A stretch of 64,000 nucleotides of DNA from Planctomycetota bacterium (lineage in GTDB: Bacteria; Planctomycetota; Planctomycetia; Pirellulales; Pirellulaceae): the NCBI GenBank assembly GCA_039821165.1, contig JBCBOT010000001.1, positions 30,099 to 94,098 on the forward strand, read 5' to 3'. Below, one piece after another: positions 1 to 9,505 of the stretch. Position 1 is the first letter of the stretch. Each line of letters opens with the position of its first letter. The position numbers and the translations under genes are program-made. The notes beneath the pieces were generated by a model. That model was not told the DNA's origin. It was given only the letters and a program-made list of their open reading frames with translations, and made no database searches.

Positions 1-968
1 AGTGTCAGCAGATGCTCGACACTCTTCTCGTCGTTTCCGTGGTGGGAAAGGCTGTGATAGGACTTGTCGATTCCCAGATTCTGCGGCAAGAAACTGCCGC
101 CGATTTCCAATGTTGCCACGCGTGTCGAATCCGTTTGCAACGCGAGAGCAATCAACTCGTAAAAGATCGGCAGATCGTCGACTGTGTTTCGATTCGCTGG
201 CTTCTCCATCGGCGCATCGGGCTTCGGCTGATCATGCCATTGTCGTCGCGACGCGAGACGTTTCTCGACGTCGCGGATGGATGAGAAGTACTCGTCGAGT
301 TTGTCTCGGTCTTCGTGATTGATCTCTTTGGAGAGTGCTTTCGCCTGCCCACGAATGGAGTCCAGGATCGAACCCTGCAACTCATTCGCTCGAGCTTTTT
401 CAGCCAACCTGTTTTTCGATTCCGATACGAAGAGTCTGTCGAACAACTCGGCGGGACCGGTGATTGGTGGAACACGGACGCCCGACTTGGTCCACGAAAG
501 TTGACAACCACCATGAATGCCACCTTCGGAGCCAACGGTGATCGACGGAAATCGAGTTTGCCGACCGACTTCATCGGCGATGAACTGATCGATCGTGACG
601 TTGCCGTCGGCGCGATGCTTTGACTCGTGATGCAGGACGCCGGACAAGAACGTGTGTACCGCGAAGTGACCGCCGCGGATACCATGATCCAGACCTCGAT
701 AGACGGTCAGTTGATCACGGTTGGGTTCGAGCGACTTCAGCAACCGAGTCGCTTCGAAGTTCGCACCGGTTGTTTGGGGGAAGAAGTGCTTCTGCTGGAA
801 ACCGAGCAGATTGGCGACCGCCACAAACCGGGGCGCCTGGACGCCGGCCCCAAGGGTCTTCAACACCGGAACGGCCGAATCGCTCGCGAGACTGGTCAGG
901 GTCGGTAACGCGAAGGAACCGCCGAGGGCTTGCAGCACAAAGCGACGTCGAGAATTGCGAAGTGTCAT
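1..968 (-). CDS. DUF1552 domain-containing protein (runs off the left edge; absent from the ORF track)
   Basis: Manual translation from ATG at 968: MTLRNSRRRFVLQALGGSFALP (Tat-like RRRF)...HTFLSG...TIDQFIA...DKLDEYFSSIRDVEKRL...LALQTDSTRVATL...YHSLSHHGND, all typical DUF1552 motifs; no stop before base 1. Confidence 0.9.
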   Translation of the reverse strand, partial: MTLRNSRRRFVLQALGGSFALPTLTSLASDSAVPVLKTLGAGVQAPRFVAVANLLGFQQKHFFPQTTGANFEATRLLKSLEPNRDQLTVYRGLDHGIRGGHFAVHTFLSGVLHHESKHRADGNVTIDQFIADEVGRQTRFPSITVGSEGGIHGGCQLSWTKSGVRVPPITGPAELFDRLFVSESKNRLAEKARANELQGSILDSIRGQAKALSKEINHEDRDKLDEYFSSIRDVEKRLASRRQWHDQPKPDAPMEKPANRNTVDDLPIFYELIALALQTDSTRVATLEIGGSFLPQNLGIDKSYHSLSHHGNDEKSVEHLLT

Positions 969-1230
969 CGATCTTGTCTCCGGGCGGGCTCTCGCACACG
1001 TGCGAGAGAGATTGGAGAAAATGAAGGTGGGCGATTTATCCTAGTATATCGACCGCCCAAGCCCGATTGAACAGTTGTTTCGGCATTGCTGGGACGATGC
1101 CGACTTTCCGCCACACGCATCCTGGCAGTGGAAGGCGTTTTGCGTGGATCACGCGAGAAGATCGAAAGAATTTGTGCGATGATGTGGGTTGCGTTTTGGT
1201 AATTGGCGAGGTCGTGGAACGAGCCCAGCG

Positions 1231-2691
1231 ATGAGCGTTGTGTTTTTGGTGGGGAGCGAAGAGCAACTGCGATCGGGGACGGATTGGTGTGTTGTCTTCG
1301 CGGAGACCCTTGGCACACCGGTCGTGCCCATGGTCGTAGGCAGTGAAACGAAAGTCCTCGCGAAACACGCGGAATCGGTACTGGCGGATCGTTTCGCCCG
1401 AATCAACAAAGGCGGAACACGCGTCGTTGCGGTGGCGAAGGACACCGAAGATCTGTTTGAGGCGTGCCGTGGCGAAAACGCAAAACTATTGGTGCTCGTC
1501 CATTCGATCGACCAAGAGGATTGGCAGCGGGACGTTTTTGAGAAATCGACGTGCCGAACGGTCTGGCTGTGCCCCGCCTCCGGGCCACCGGCAGATGAAA
1601 CGCACGTCGTCGGCGGATTTAGCCAATCGGCATCCGCGACGCGACGGTTGAGTGAAAAACTGATCGGAATGCGGCCGAGCCATTGGGCGTTCGAAGGGTC
1701 AACCGATCTCGGCGAAGCCGCGTTCGGCGATCACGTTCAACACATTCGTGAGCAGATCGACGACCAATCAAAACATCCCGAAACACTGATCCTCGTCCCC
1801 GTTGAGTCTTTGTCCAAAGAGGATGTCGAGTACACGGTCGGCCGAAGATTGCTCGACCATGATTTTGAAACCTCCGTCGCGCTCGCACGCGATGGCCAGC
1901 CGATGATGCCTGGATTGATGTTTGCGTTTCGACGCTGGACGAATTCGGTAACGCCGCCGATGAATCGCGAAGAACGAATCGCACTTCAGGAAGATCTCGA
2001 AAGCGGTTCGCAGCCGAGTTTCGAGTTTCTGGGATTGATCAGTGCGGCGAGCATGTTGGCCGCATTCGGGCTGCTTCAGAACAGTGCCGCAGTGATCATT
2101 GGTGCGATGCTGGTCGCGCCTTTGATGACTCCGATTCTGGGTGCGGGGATGGCAATCACACTTGGCAATCGACCGCTGTTCAACCAAGCGGGAAAAGCGA
2201 TTGGGCTGGGATTTGTTGGTGCCCTGGTGTCGAGTTGCTTATTCGGGTTGTTGGTCCGTGCGGTGCAATCGCGGGACCTCTCTCCGGAGAGCGCGACGGA
2301 AATGTGGGCCCGATGCAATCCTTCGCCGATCGATTTTTGCGTGGGTTTAGTGGGCGGTATGGCGGCCGCGTACGCGCGGACTCGGGTGTACCTTTCGTCG
2401 GCACTCGCGGGTGCGGCGATTGCGGCGGCTCTTGTGCCGCCGATCTCCACGGCGGGTTTGCAAATCGCATTTGGGGTTTGGGCGAGTGATGACGCGGGGA
2501 CCCCGGTGATCGGTCCGCTGATCGTGGTGGGCATCAACGTGCTCACGATCATGACGGCCGCCTCACTGGTTCTTTGGCTGCGTGGAATTCGTGTGCGAAG
2601 TATTGAGCTGCGGCCGCAGGATCGCTGGGCGATGCGGATGTTTGTCATGTTGCTCGCGCTGGTGTTATTCGCGTTGCTGTCGGTGGTTTGA
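1231..2691 (+). CDS. DUF389 (TIGR00341-like) integral membrane protein with a long soluble N-terminal region
   Basis: AVIIGAMLVAPLMTPI and AGAAIAAALVPP motifs, multiple TM helices in the C-terminal half; ATG 1231 preferred over ORF start 1189. Confidence 0.8.
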   Translation: MSVVFLVGSEEQLRSGTDWCVVFAETLGTPVVPMVVGSETKVLAKHAESVLADRFARINKGGTRVVAVAKDTEDLFEACRGENAKLLVLVHSIDQEDWQRDVFEKSTCRTVWLCPASGPPADETHVVGGFSQSASATRRLSEKLIGMRPSHWAFEGSTDLGEAAFGDHVQHIREQIDDQSKHPETLILVPVESLSKEDVEYTVGRRLLDHDFETSVALARDGQPMMPGLMFAFRRWTNSVTPPMNREERIALQEDLESGSQPSFEFLGLISAASMLAAFGLLQNSAAVIIGAMLVAPLMTPILGAGMAITLGNRPLFNQAGKAIGLGFVGALVSSCLFGLLVRAVQSRDLSPESATEMWARCNPSPIDFCVGLVGGMAAAYARTRVYLSSALAGAAIAAALVPPISTAGLQIAFGVWASDDAGTPVIGPLIVVGINVLTIMTAASLVLWLRGIRVRSIELRPQDRWAMRMFVMLLALVLFALLSVV

Positions 2692-2757
2692 CCGTAGGGG
2701 TAGTCCGGGAAGCATTCACTGGTGGATACCCCCAGAAGGCAGCCGGAGCTTGGCTCA

Positions 2758-2824
2758 GGAGTCCCTTGCTGACGCGGCGGGTTACTTGAATGGGTGGGAG
2801 TCCCTTGCTGACGCGGCGGGTTAC
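2758..2824. repeat. Two identical 28-bp direct copies of a REP-like unit (GGAGTCCCTTGCTGACGCGGCGGGTTAC), family A
   Basis: Copies at 2758-2785 and 2797-2824; a 27/28-identical copy lies at 44445-44472. Confidence 0.9.
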
Positions 2825-2958
2825 CAGAGTCGAAGTGATACTGGTGAGCTGATGCATCGCTTTACCAGCGCTAAATCTCGCGGTCGCGCAACAGGCATTG
2901 CCCCTTCGGTTGAGCTATGCTGACGGTGCTTCCACGCGAGCTTGAGAGGTCATTTGTG

Positions 2959-5900
2959 ATGGAGGGTTTGGGCGTCCGAATTTGGTTGTCGTGTTTGATG
3001 TTGCTTGGGTCGCTGTTGGTGTCGACGGCGGGGGCTCAAGACTTGAAATGGGTCACGAGCAAACCGCTTCCCGATTGGACCTGGGACGCCGCGGGATCGA
3101 AAAATGGCCAAAAGATTTACTTGCGAAAAAACTTTGCGATCACCCAGCCCATCAAGTCGGCGAAGGTCTATGCGACATGCGACAACAAGATGACGCTGTG
3201 GATCAACGGCGAGGAAGTCGGGAAGGCACGGGACTGGATGTACCCGCTGGTGACCGACGTTTCCAAGCAGCTTGCGTCAAGCCAAAACACCATCGCGGTC
3301 GAGGCGAGAAACGAAGGCGGAATCGCTGCGTTCGTGCTGAAGTTGGTGATCGATCACGGTGATTCAAAGACGATCGTGCTTTCCGACTCGACTTGGAAGA
3401 TGTCGCCGAGAGCCGCCAAGAATTGGACGGCGCAGGACTTCGATGACAGTTCCTGGCGTGGCAAGTTGAAATCGAGTGGCAAACTGGGTGTGTCGCCTTG
3501 GGGCGTCCTTGCTGTTCGTCGTGGCGGGTCCGGTGGACAGATTGCAGCGACAGATGAAATGGAAGTGGCAGAAGGCTTTGTCGTCGATCATCTCTACACC
3601 GTTCCTCGAGAAAAACAGGGATCGTGGGTCTCGTTGACGGTTGGGCCAGACGGACGTTTGATTGCCTGCGATCAAGGCGACAAGGGAGCGTTCTTCATTG
3701 CCGTCGGTGACTCGAAGACGAAACCGACGGTGCGAGTCGAGCCGATCGACGTCAATTCTCCGGGTAGCTCCAATCGTCTGAGCGGCGCACAGGGTTTGTT
3801 GTGGGCGTTCGACGCACTGTGGTTTCATCGTAACGGCGGGCATCTCTATCGGATCACGGACACCGACTCCGATGGCAAACTCGACACGGCGCAGCAACTG
3901 CCGAGTCAACGCGGCGGCGGTGAGCATGGCAACCACGCGCTGATTCTGACGGAGGATGGAACGGGCATTTACATGGACGGCGGCAATCACGCGCCGCTGG
4001 CCGAGACCTCTCGAAGTCGTGTTCAATCGTGGGAGGAAGACTTGTTGCTACCGCGCATGTGGGATGCAAATGGCCATGCGCGTGGCAAGTTGGCTCCTGG
4101 CGGATGGGTGACGCGACTCGACCCCGAAACGATGCAACAAGAATTGGTCTGCATCGGTTTTCGAAACCAGTACGACATCGCTCTCAATCGTCACGGTGAC
4201 TTGTTTACCTACGATGCGGACATGGAATGGGACATGGGCTCGCCCTGGTATCGTCCGACACGCGTTTGCCAAGTCGTCAGCGGTGGCGACTTTGGATGGC
4301 GGAGTGGCACGGGCAAGTGGCCGACGTACTACGAGGATTCCCTTCCACCGGTCGTCGACATCGGACCGGGATCGCCGACGGGCGTTGCGGCCGGATTGGG
4401 TGCAGCGTTTCCCGCCAAGTACCAGGACGCGATCTTCGCGCTTGATTGGACCTTCGGAACGATCTATGCGATCCACATGCAGCCTGAAGGGGCTGGCTAC
4501 AAAGGAACAAGCGAACCATTCGTGACGGGATCGCCGTTGCCCGTGACAGATGCCGTGGTAGGCAAGGATGGCGCGCTGTATTTCACGGTCGGAGGTCGAG
4601 GAACTCAATCCGCTCTTTATCGAGTTCGGTATGTCGGTTCGGCGAGTACCGCTCCAGCCAGTGAGGCACTTCCGAAAGCGGTTGCCGAGGCGAGGCGTCA
4701 ACGCAAATCGCTGGAAGCCTATCATGGCAAGTCGTTGAGTGGAGACGCGGCGAAGCAGGCGATCGACGCGGCTTGGCCATTCCTCGCCAGTGGAGATCGC
4801 TTCTTAAGGCATGCCGCCCGCGTGGCGATTGAATCGCAACCGGTCGAGTTGTGGGCGACACGTGCGATGAAGGAAGCCGAGCCGCAAGCAAGGATCACCG
4901 CCGCCGTCGCGCTTGCACGATCCGGCGGATCGGAGCACAAGAGTGAGCTTTTAAAGTCACTGCTCCAACTCGACTCGGCTTCTTTGACTGAATCGCAGTT
5001 GCTCGGCCTGCTGCGTGCCTACGCACTCACCACGATTCGACTTGGTGAGCCCGATGAGATGGAACGCGAGGCATTGATCGATGAACTCGATCCGCTGTTG
5101 CCGCATGCGAGCGAAGACGTCAATACGGAGTTGGTTCGAGTGCTGGTCTCACTACGCGCACCGAATGTGATCGAGAAAACGATGGCCTTGATCCGTGGTC
5201 GCAACGCCCCCTCGCTACCGGATTGGTCGGAGCTTGCGTCGAGAAATGCTCGCTACGGCGGCACGGTTCAGAAGATTCTCGACAACCCACCGCCTCGTGA
5301 GTTGAGCTACGCATTGATGCTTCGCACCTTGCGTGACGGTTGGACGCTCGCGCAACGCCGCGAGTACTTTGAGTTCTTGAACGTCACCGCCAAATGCGCC
5401 GGGGGCGCGAGTTACCCAGGATTCATGCGGAACATCCGCGACGAGGCGCTCTCCTGGTGCAGCGACGATGAACGTGTCGCACTGCAGGACATCACAGGTG
5501 AACGGTATGACCCGGTTCCTGATTTCGAGATCAAGCCGATCCAAGGTCCCGGTCGAACGTGGACGTTGGAAACGGCTCGATCACAGGCGGCGAACCGATT
5601 CAAGCAGGCGGACTTTGAGAACGGACGCAGTTTGTATTTCGCGGCCAGTTGCGGTAAGTGCCATCGCTTTTCGGGATTGGGTGGCAACATCGGTCCGGAC
5701 TTGACGACGATCCCGCGCAAGTTCGATGTTGGCTACTTGATCGAGCACATCATTGAACCGAGCAAAGTCATCTCGGATCAGTATCAGTCCTCATCGGTAC
5801 TCACCAGCGACGGTCGGAGCTACGTCGGGTTAATGAGCGAGGCCGATGGGAAAGTGGTGATCTACCCGGCGGACGTGAAGGCAGAGCCGATCTCACTGGA

Positions 5901-6051
5901 TGCCGATGATGTGGAGTTGGTCCAACCCTCCAAAGTGTCCCAGATGCCCAAGGGATTGATCGACGGAATGAACGCGGAAGAAGTTCGCGACTTGCTGGCA
6001 TACTTGATGAGCGGCGGGGACCGAAACGACCGGAAGGTGTATGGGAGGTAG
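2959..6051 (+). CDS. PVC-type heme-binding c-type cytochrome protein (galactose-binding-like domain, dehydrogenase-like beta-propeller, HEAT-like region, CxxCH)
   Basis: Signal peptide, GFRNQYD and DADMEWD propeller motifs, AASCGKCH heme site followed by GNIGPDLT...SQMPKGL (TIGR02603-like). Confidence 0.85.
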   Translation: MEGLGVRIWLSCLMLLGSLLVSTAGAQDLKWVTSKPLPDWTWDAAGSKNGQKIYLRKNFAITQPIKSAKVYATCDNKMTLWINGEEVGKARDWMYPLVTDVSKQLASSQNTIAVEARNEGGIAAFVLKLVIDHGDSKTIVLSDSTWKMSPRAAKNWTAQDFDDSSWRGKLKSSGKLGVSPWGVLAVRRGGSGGQIAATDEMEVAEGFVVDHLYTVPREKQGSWVSLTVGPDGRLIACDQGDKGAFFIAVGDSKTKPTVRVEPIDVNSPGSSNRLSGAQGLLWAFDALWFHRNGGHLYRITDTDSDGKLDTAQQLPSQRGGGEHGNHALILTEDGTGIYMDGGNHAPLAETSRSRVQSWEEDLLLPRMWDANGHARGKLAPGGWVTRLDPETMQQELVCIGFRNQYDIALNRHGDLFTYDADMEWDMGSPWYRPTRVCQVVSGGDFGWRSGTGKWPTYYEDSLPPVVDIGPGSPTGVAAGLGAAFPAKYQDAIFALDWTFGTIYAIHMQPEGAGYKGTSEPFVTGSPLPVTDAVVGKDGALYFTVGGRGTQSALYRVRYVGSASTAPASEALPKAVAEARRQRKSLEAYHGKSLSGDAAKQAIDAAWPFLASGDRFLRHAARVAIESQPVELWATRAMKEAEPQARITAAVALARSGGSEHKSELLKSLLQLDSASLTESQLLGLLRAYALTTIRLGEPDEMEREALIDELDPLLPHASEDVNTELVRVLVSLRAPNVIEKTMALIRGRNAPSLPDWSELASRNARYGGTVQKILDNPPPRELSYALMLRTLRDGWTLAQRREYFEFLNVTAKCAGGASYPGFMRNIRDEALSWCSDDERVALQDITGERYDPVPDFEIKPIQGPGRTWTLETARSQAANRFKQADFENGRSLYFAASCGKCHRFSGLGGNIGPDLTTIPRKFDVGYLIEHIIEPSKVISDQYQSSSVLTSDGRSYVGLMSEADGKVVIYPADVKAEPISLDADDVELVQPSKVSQMPKGLIDGMNAEEVRDLLAYLMSGGDRNDRKVYGR

Positions 6052-6120
6052 AGGAGGGAGTAGGTGAGTGGGGCAGTAAGGCAGTCGGTGACTTGGTGCA
6101 ACCGGTTTCGGACCCAACTG

Positions 6121-6184
6121 CCTCACTCCCCAACTGCCTCACTCCCCAACTGCCTCACTCCCCAACTGCCTCACTCCCCAACTG
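6121..6184. repeat. 16-bp tandem repeat (CCTCACTCCCCAACTG)x4 with partial or degenerate flanks
   Basis: Four exact units read directly; partial unit 6113-6120 and a degenerate tail to about 6206. Confidence 0.95.
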
Positions 6185-6292
6185 CCCTTCTCCCCGCTGC
6201 CCCTCCGTGAAACTGGTCTTGTGCCACGGTGACGCGCCCTTTATGAGTCCAGTATTCATTCGGCGCGGATGCCGGATGCGACCCGAATCAGG

Positions 6293-7171
6293 ATGACTCG
6301 GACGGTGATCAGTCGGACTTTCGAACAACGATTTCTTTGCCTCAGCCTTGCCGCTGCGGTGATCGCATTCGCAGGATGCCAGCAGAATCCGTACCTCTCG
6401 GTACCGGGCGCAGGCGCTTATCCGGCGCAGTCAGGTGCCCTCAATCCTGCGCTCGGTCCACAACAGGCGATCGATCCAAAAGACTCACGATTGGCCGAAT
6501 TGAGCCGTCGGGTCCAGTTGCTTGACGATAACAATCGACAGCTGCACACCCAGCTTGCACAAAGCGAGCAACAGGCGCAGGTGTACCGCGAAGAGTTGAA
6601 TTTGATTCGCCAGCAATTGGCCGATACCACCCAGCAACTCGAAACCGCCACAATCGCGGCCCGCGACGCCCAGAACCGTGTGCGTGGCTTCCAGGCTTCG
6701 ACACAAATGCGTGGCGGAACGACCATTCAACCAAACACGAACTTGAGTCAGCTGGCTTCGCGACTCAATCTTGGAGGACTGCCGGTTCGACAAGATGGTG
6801 ACCGCATCCGAATCTCGGTTCCGAGCGACCAGCTATTCGCTCCGGGCTCGGCTCAATTGCTGCCACAGGCAGTGAATGTATTGGATCCCGTTGCCGCGCA
6901 ATTGCGGAGCCTGTTTCCGCGGCAAAGAATCGGCATCGAAGGTTACACCGACAACTCGCAGGTCCAAGGCGGGGCCGCCGCGAGTCACCAGTTGGCGTCG
7001 GCACAGGCTTCTGCGATTCTGGACGTGTTGACGCGGCGGGCCGGTATGCCTTTGGGTCAATTCTTCATCGTCGCTCAAGGTGCAAACCGTCCGGCACAGT
7101 CCAATGCGTCCGCGGCCGGTCGAGCAGCCAACCGACGAGTTGAGCTGGTGATCTACTCAGAGACTTTTTAG
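6293..7171 (+). CDS. OmpA/MotB-domain lipoprotein with coiled coil
   Basis: Lipobox FAGC, Gln-rich coiled coil, C-terminal IGIEGYTDN...ANRRVELVIY. Confidence 0.8.
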   Translation: MTRTVISRTFEQRFLCLSLAAAVIAFAGCQQNPYLSVPGAGAYPAQSGALNPALGPQQAIDPKDSRLAELSRRVQLLDDNNRQLHTQLAQSEQQAQVYREELNLIRQQLADTTQQLETATIAARDAQNRVRGFQASTQMRGGTTIQPNTNLSQLASRLNLGGLPVRQDGDRIRISVPSDQLFAPGSAQLLPQAVNVLDPVAAQLRSLFPRQRIGIEGYTDNSQVQGGAAASHQLASAQASAILDVLTRRAGMPLGQFFIVAQGANRPAQSNASAAGRAANRRVELVIYSETF

Positions 7172-7197
7172 AACGCGTTGGCACGACTCGTCGGTGC

Positions 7198-8490
7198 CTA
7201 GCCGCCGTTCCCGTGCTCCTCTGGCAACTGATCGAGCTTTCGGGAGATGAGCTCTTTCTCGGCGCGCGTCGGCGCGAGCTGCCACGCTTGATTGAGTGAA
7301 TCACGGGCCGCGGCAAAGTCTCCGAGTTGTTTTGCCAGATCGGCGTGCGTCGCATGCCAGAGATAGTAGTCCTTCGAGAGCAATTCTGAGTCGATTTCAG
7401 AGAGCGCGGCCATTCCTGCTTCGGGTCCATCACGATAGCCAATGGCAATAGCCCGATTGAGTTGGTGAACGGGCGAGCCTTCGATGCGGCACAGCAAATC
7501 GTAACCTTGCGCGATACGTTGCCAGTCCGTGTCCTTGAAGTCCTGGACGCGGCAATGCTCGGACGCGATCCAAGCTTCAGCGTGATAGCGTGTCACCTCA
7601 TCGGACCGATTGGCTTCGCCGAACCACCGGAAGGCTTCTTGCAAAAGCCGAAGATCCCAAGTGCTACGATCTTGTTCTTTCAGTAACAGGATCGCTCCGT
7701 GCTCGTCGATGCGGGCGTCGAGCCGCGCAGAGTGAAAGAGAAGCAGTGCCATCAACGCGGCGGAACGTCCACCTGCGGTGATCTCATGTTGCGCAAGAAC
7801 GAAAGCGAGTCGCACCGCTTCCTCACAAAGCTCTTCGCGGATGAATTTGTCGGCGACCGAGGAGCTGTAGCCTTCGTTGAACAACAGGTAGATCACGGCT
7901 TGGACGTGGGGCAGCCGCTCCACGATCTCAGTTTCGGTCAAACGAGCTGGCTCGACACTCTCGTCGCGCAGGCGTTGCTTGGCGCGGGTGATCCGTTTTG
8001 CAACGCTGGCTTCGGTCGTCAGCAGAGCACGGGCGATTTCCTGATTGCCGAAACCACAGAGTGTTTTGAGCGCCAGTGCGATCTGTGATTCCGGGGGAAC
8101 ACAGGGGTCGCAGCAAACGAAGACCATTCGGATCAAGTCATCGTGAAAAGAGTGTTCCTCGGTAGGCTTGGATTCGTGCTCCCACTGTTCTTCGCCGAGG
8201 GAGCCCCAACGAGTGTCGCGACGCAGGCGATCAATCGCCTCGTTGGCGGCCACGCGGTGTAGCCAACCGGACGGATTTTCGGGGATGCCTTTGAGTGACC
8301 ACGAAGAGAGCGCTCGCTGGAGCGCCGATTGAACAACATCTTCAACAAGTTCCCAGTGACGCACGCCAAAACGGCGGGTCAGGGTTGCGACGAGTTGCGC
8401 GTACTCGTGACGAAAGAAGTGATCGACCAATTGCCGCGGTCCGGTGTCGCCACCGGCCACGGCTGGTTCCTCGATGTGGTTCACATTCAT
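7198..8490 (-). CDS. ECF42-type RNA polymerase sigma factor with C-terminal TPR extension
   Basis: VEDVVQSA (sigma2), EIARALL...KRITRAK (sigma4), YLLFNEGY, C-terminal TPR; directly downstream of a DGPF/YciI gene. Confidence 0.9.
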   Translation of the reverse strand: MNVNHIEEPAVAGGDTGPRQLVDHFFRHEYAQLVATLTRRFGVRHWELVEDVVQSALQRALSSWSLKGIPENPSGWLHRVAANEAIDRLRRDTRWGSLGEEQWEHESKPTEEHSFHDDLIRMVFVCCDPCVPPESQIALALKTLCGFGNQEIARALLTTEASVAKRITRAKQRLRDESVEPARLTETEIVERLPHVQAVIYLLFNEGYSSSVADKFIREELCEEAVRLAFVLAQHEITAGGRSAALMALLLFHSARLDARIDEHGAILLLKEQDRSTWDLRLLQEAFRWFGEANRSDEVTRYHAEAWIASEHCRVQDFKDTDWQRIAQGYDLLCRIEGSPVHQLNRAIAIGYRDGPEAGMAALSEIDSELLSKDYYLWHATHADLAKQLGDFAAARDSLNQAWQLAPTRAEKELISRKLDQLPEEHGNGG

Positions 8491-8498
8491 CTCGCCGT

Positions 8499-8846
8499 CT
8501 ACATTTCGGCCGAATAGCCGGCCAACTCACGAATTTCGATGCTGCCGCCGTGTTCGGCGATCGGACAACTGCGGGCAAGCTCGATGGCCGCGTCGAGCGA
8601 ATCGGCTTCGAGAATCGAGAACCCGCCGACGAGTTCCTTGGCTTCGATGAACGGGCCGTCGGTGACCGTGCCGTCACCATTGAGAACTTTACCAGCCGGC
8701 AGGAGCCCGTCGCCTCCGTCAACCAGTTTGTCACCGAGTTCGGTGAACCAGACACCCCATTTCTGCATCTGCGTCTGGATTTGCTCGGGCGAATAGTCGG
8801 GCTGTTCTTCGATGTTGTCTCGGTAAACGAACATGAACTTGGCCAT
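8499..8846 (-). CDS. YciI/DGPF family protein
   Basis: TDGPFIEAKELVGGF...GSIEIR motif. Confidence 0.9.
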   Translation of the reverse strand: MAKFMFVYRDNIEEQPDYSPEQIQTQMQKWGVWFTELGDKLVDGGDGLLPAGKVLNGDGTVTDGPFIEAKELVGGFSILEADSLDAAIELARSCPIAEHGGSIEIRELAGYSAEM

Positions 8847-8904
8847 GATGGAATTCCTTGAAGCGTTAGGGGATGAGCGACTTAAGCGTCGGTTTCAGCA
8901 GGTT

Positions 8905-8931
8905 GACGAACTGTTGCCACGAAAAAGGACA
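8905..8931 (-). promoter_or_regulatory. Candidate ECF42-type promoter TGTCCT-N17-CGTC
   Basis: Minus strand, about 60 bp upstream of the YciI start; resembles the reported ECF42 consensus TGTCGA / CG(A/T)C. Confidence 0.4.
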
Positions 8932-9013
8932 TCGGCCCGAAAAGATGTTGGAAATTTTATCAGCGAGATTTTGACGTGAGCGCGGCGTCCGCTCCGACCG
9001 CGACTCAGCCATC

Positions 9014-9074
9014 TTCTATTTTCATAGAAATACGAGTTGACGCGGCCGCCAACTGAAATTCTATTTAAATAGAA
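9014..9074. promoter_or_regulatory. Two TTCTAT-N4-ATAGAA inverted repeats flanking a TTGACG -35-like hexamer: candidate BlaI-family operator
   Basis: 9014-9029 TTCTATTTTCATAGAA; 9059-9074 TTCTATTTAAATAGAA (perfect palindrome); TTGACG at 9037-9042. Confidence 0.7.
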
Positions 9075-9106
9075 ATAACGCGATGCACGCTGCCCCAGGG
9101 GTCCTC

Positions 9107-9505
9107 ATGCCACGACCGAGTTCCGATCACCCGACGAAGCTCGAGCTTCAAATCCTCAAGATCCTCTGGCGTCGCTCGCCGATGACGGTCCGCGAGATTC
9201 GCAACTCCCTCGCCGAAGCGGGACGTGACCTTGCCCACACTTCGGTGATCACCACGCTCGGGACGATGGTCGAAAAGGGCCAACTCGGCAAGCTTGAGCC
9301 TGAATCGGGTAAGGCGTTTCGGTTTGAGCCCCACCTACAACGCCACGAAGTCTCCTCCTCCATGCTGGGAGAGTTGGTGGATCAACTGTTTGACGGATCC
9401 GCCGAAGCCGTGATGCAGAGCCTGTTCGACTCCAAAGAAGTGGATGAAGCCGAAATCAAGCGACTGCGTCGCATGCTGAGCCAAAAATTGAAGGAGCAAG
9501 AGTAA
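9107..9505 (+). CDS. BlaI/MecI/CopY family transcriptional repressor
   Basis: ELQILKILW...TVREI...LAHTSVITTLGTMVEKG winged HTH; its stop overlaps the M56 start. Confidence 0.92.
   Translation: MPRPSSDHPTKLELQILKILWRRSPMTVREIRNSLAEAGRDLAHTSVITTLGTMVEKGQLGKLEPESGKAFRFEPHLQRHEVSSSMLGELVDQLFDGSAEAVMQSLFDSKEVDEAEIKRLRRMLSQKLKEQE

Noticed and set aside
2-1044. Track ORFs at the left end (2..322, 12..284, 152..685, 315..623 and others)
   Set aside because: Displaced by the DUF1552 reading frame on the minus strand
6113-6184. Possible CRISPR array or coding repeat (ORFs 6093..6296, 5862..6101)
   Set aside because: Contiguous 16-bp units without spacers; length is not a multiple of 3 and the ORFs have no homology cues
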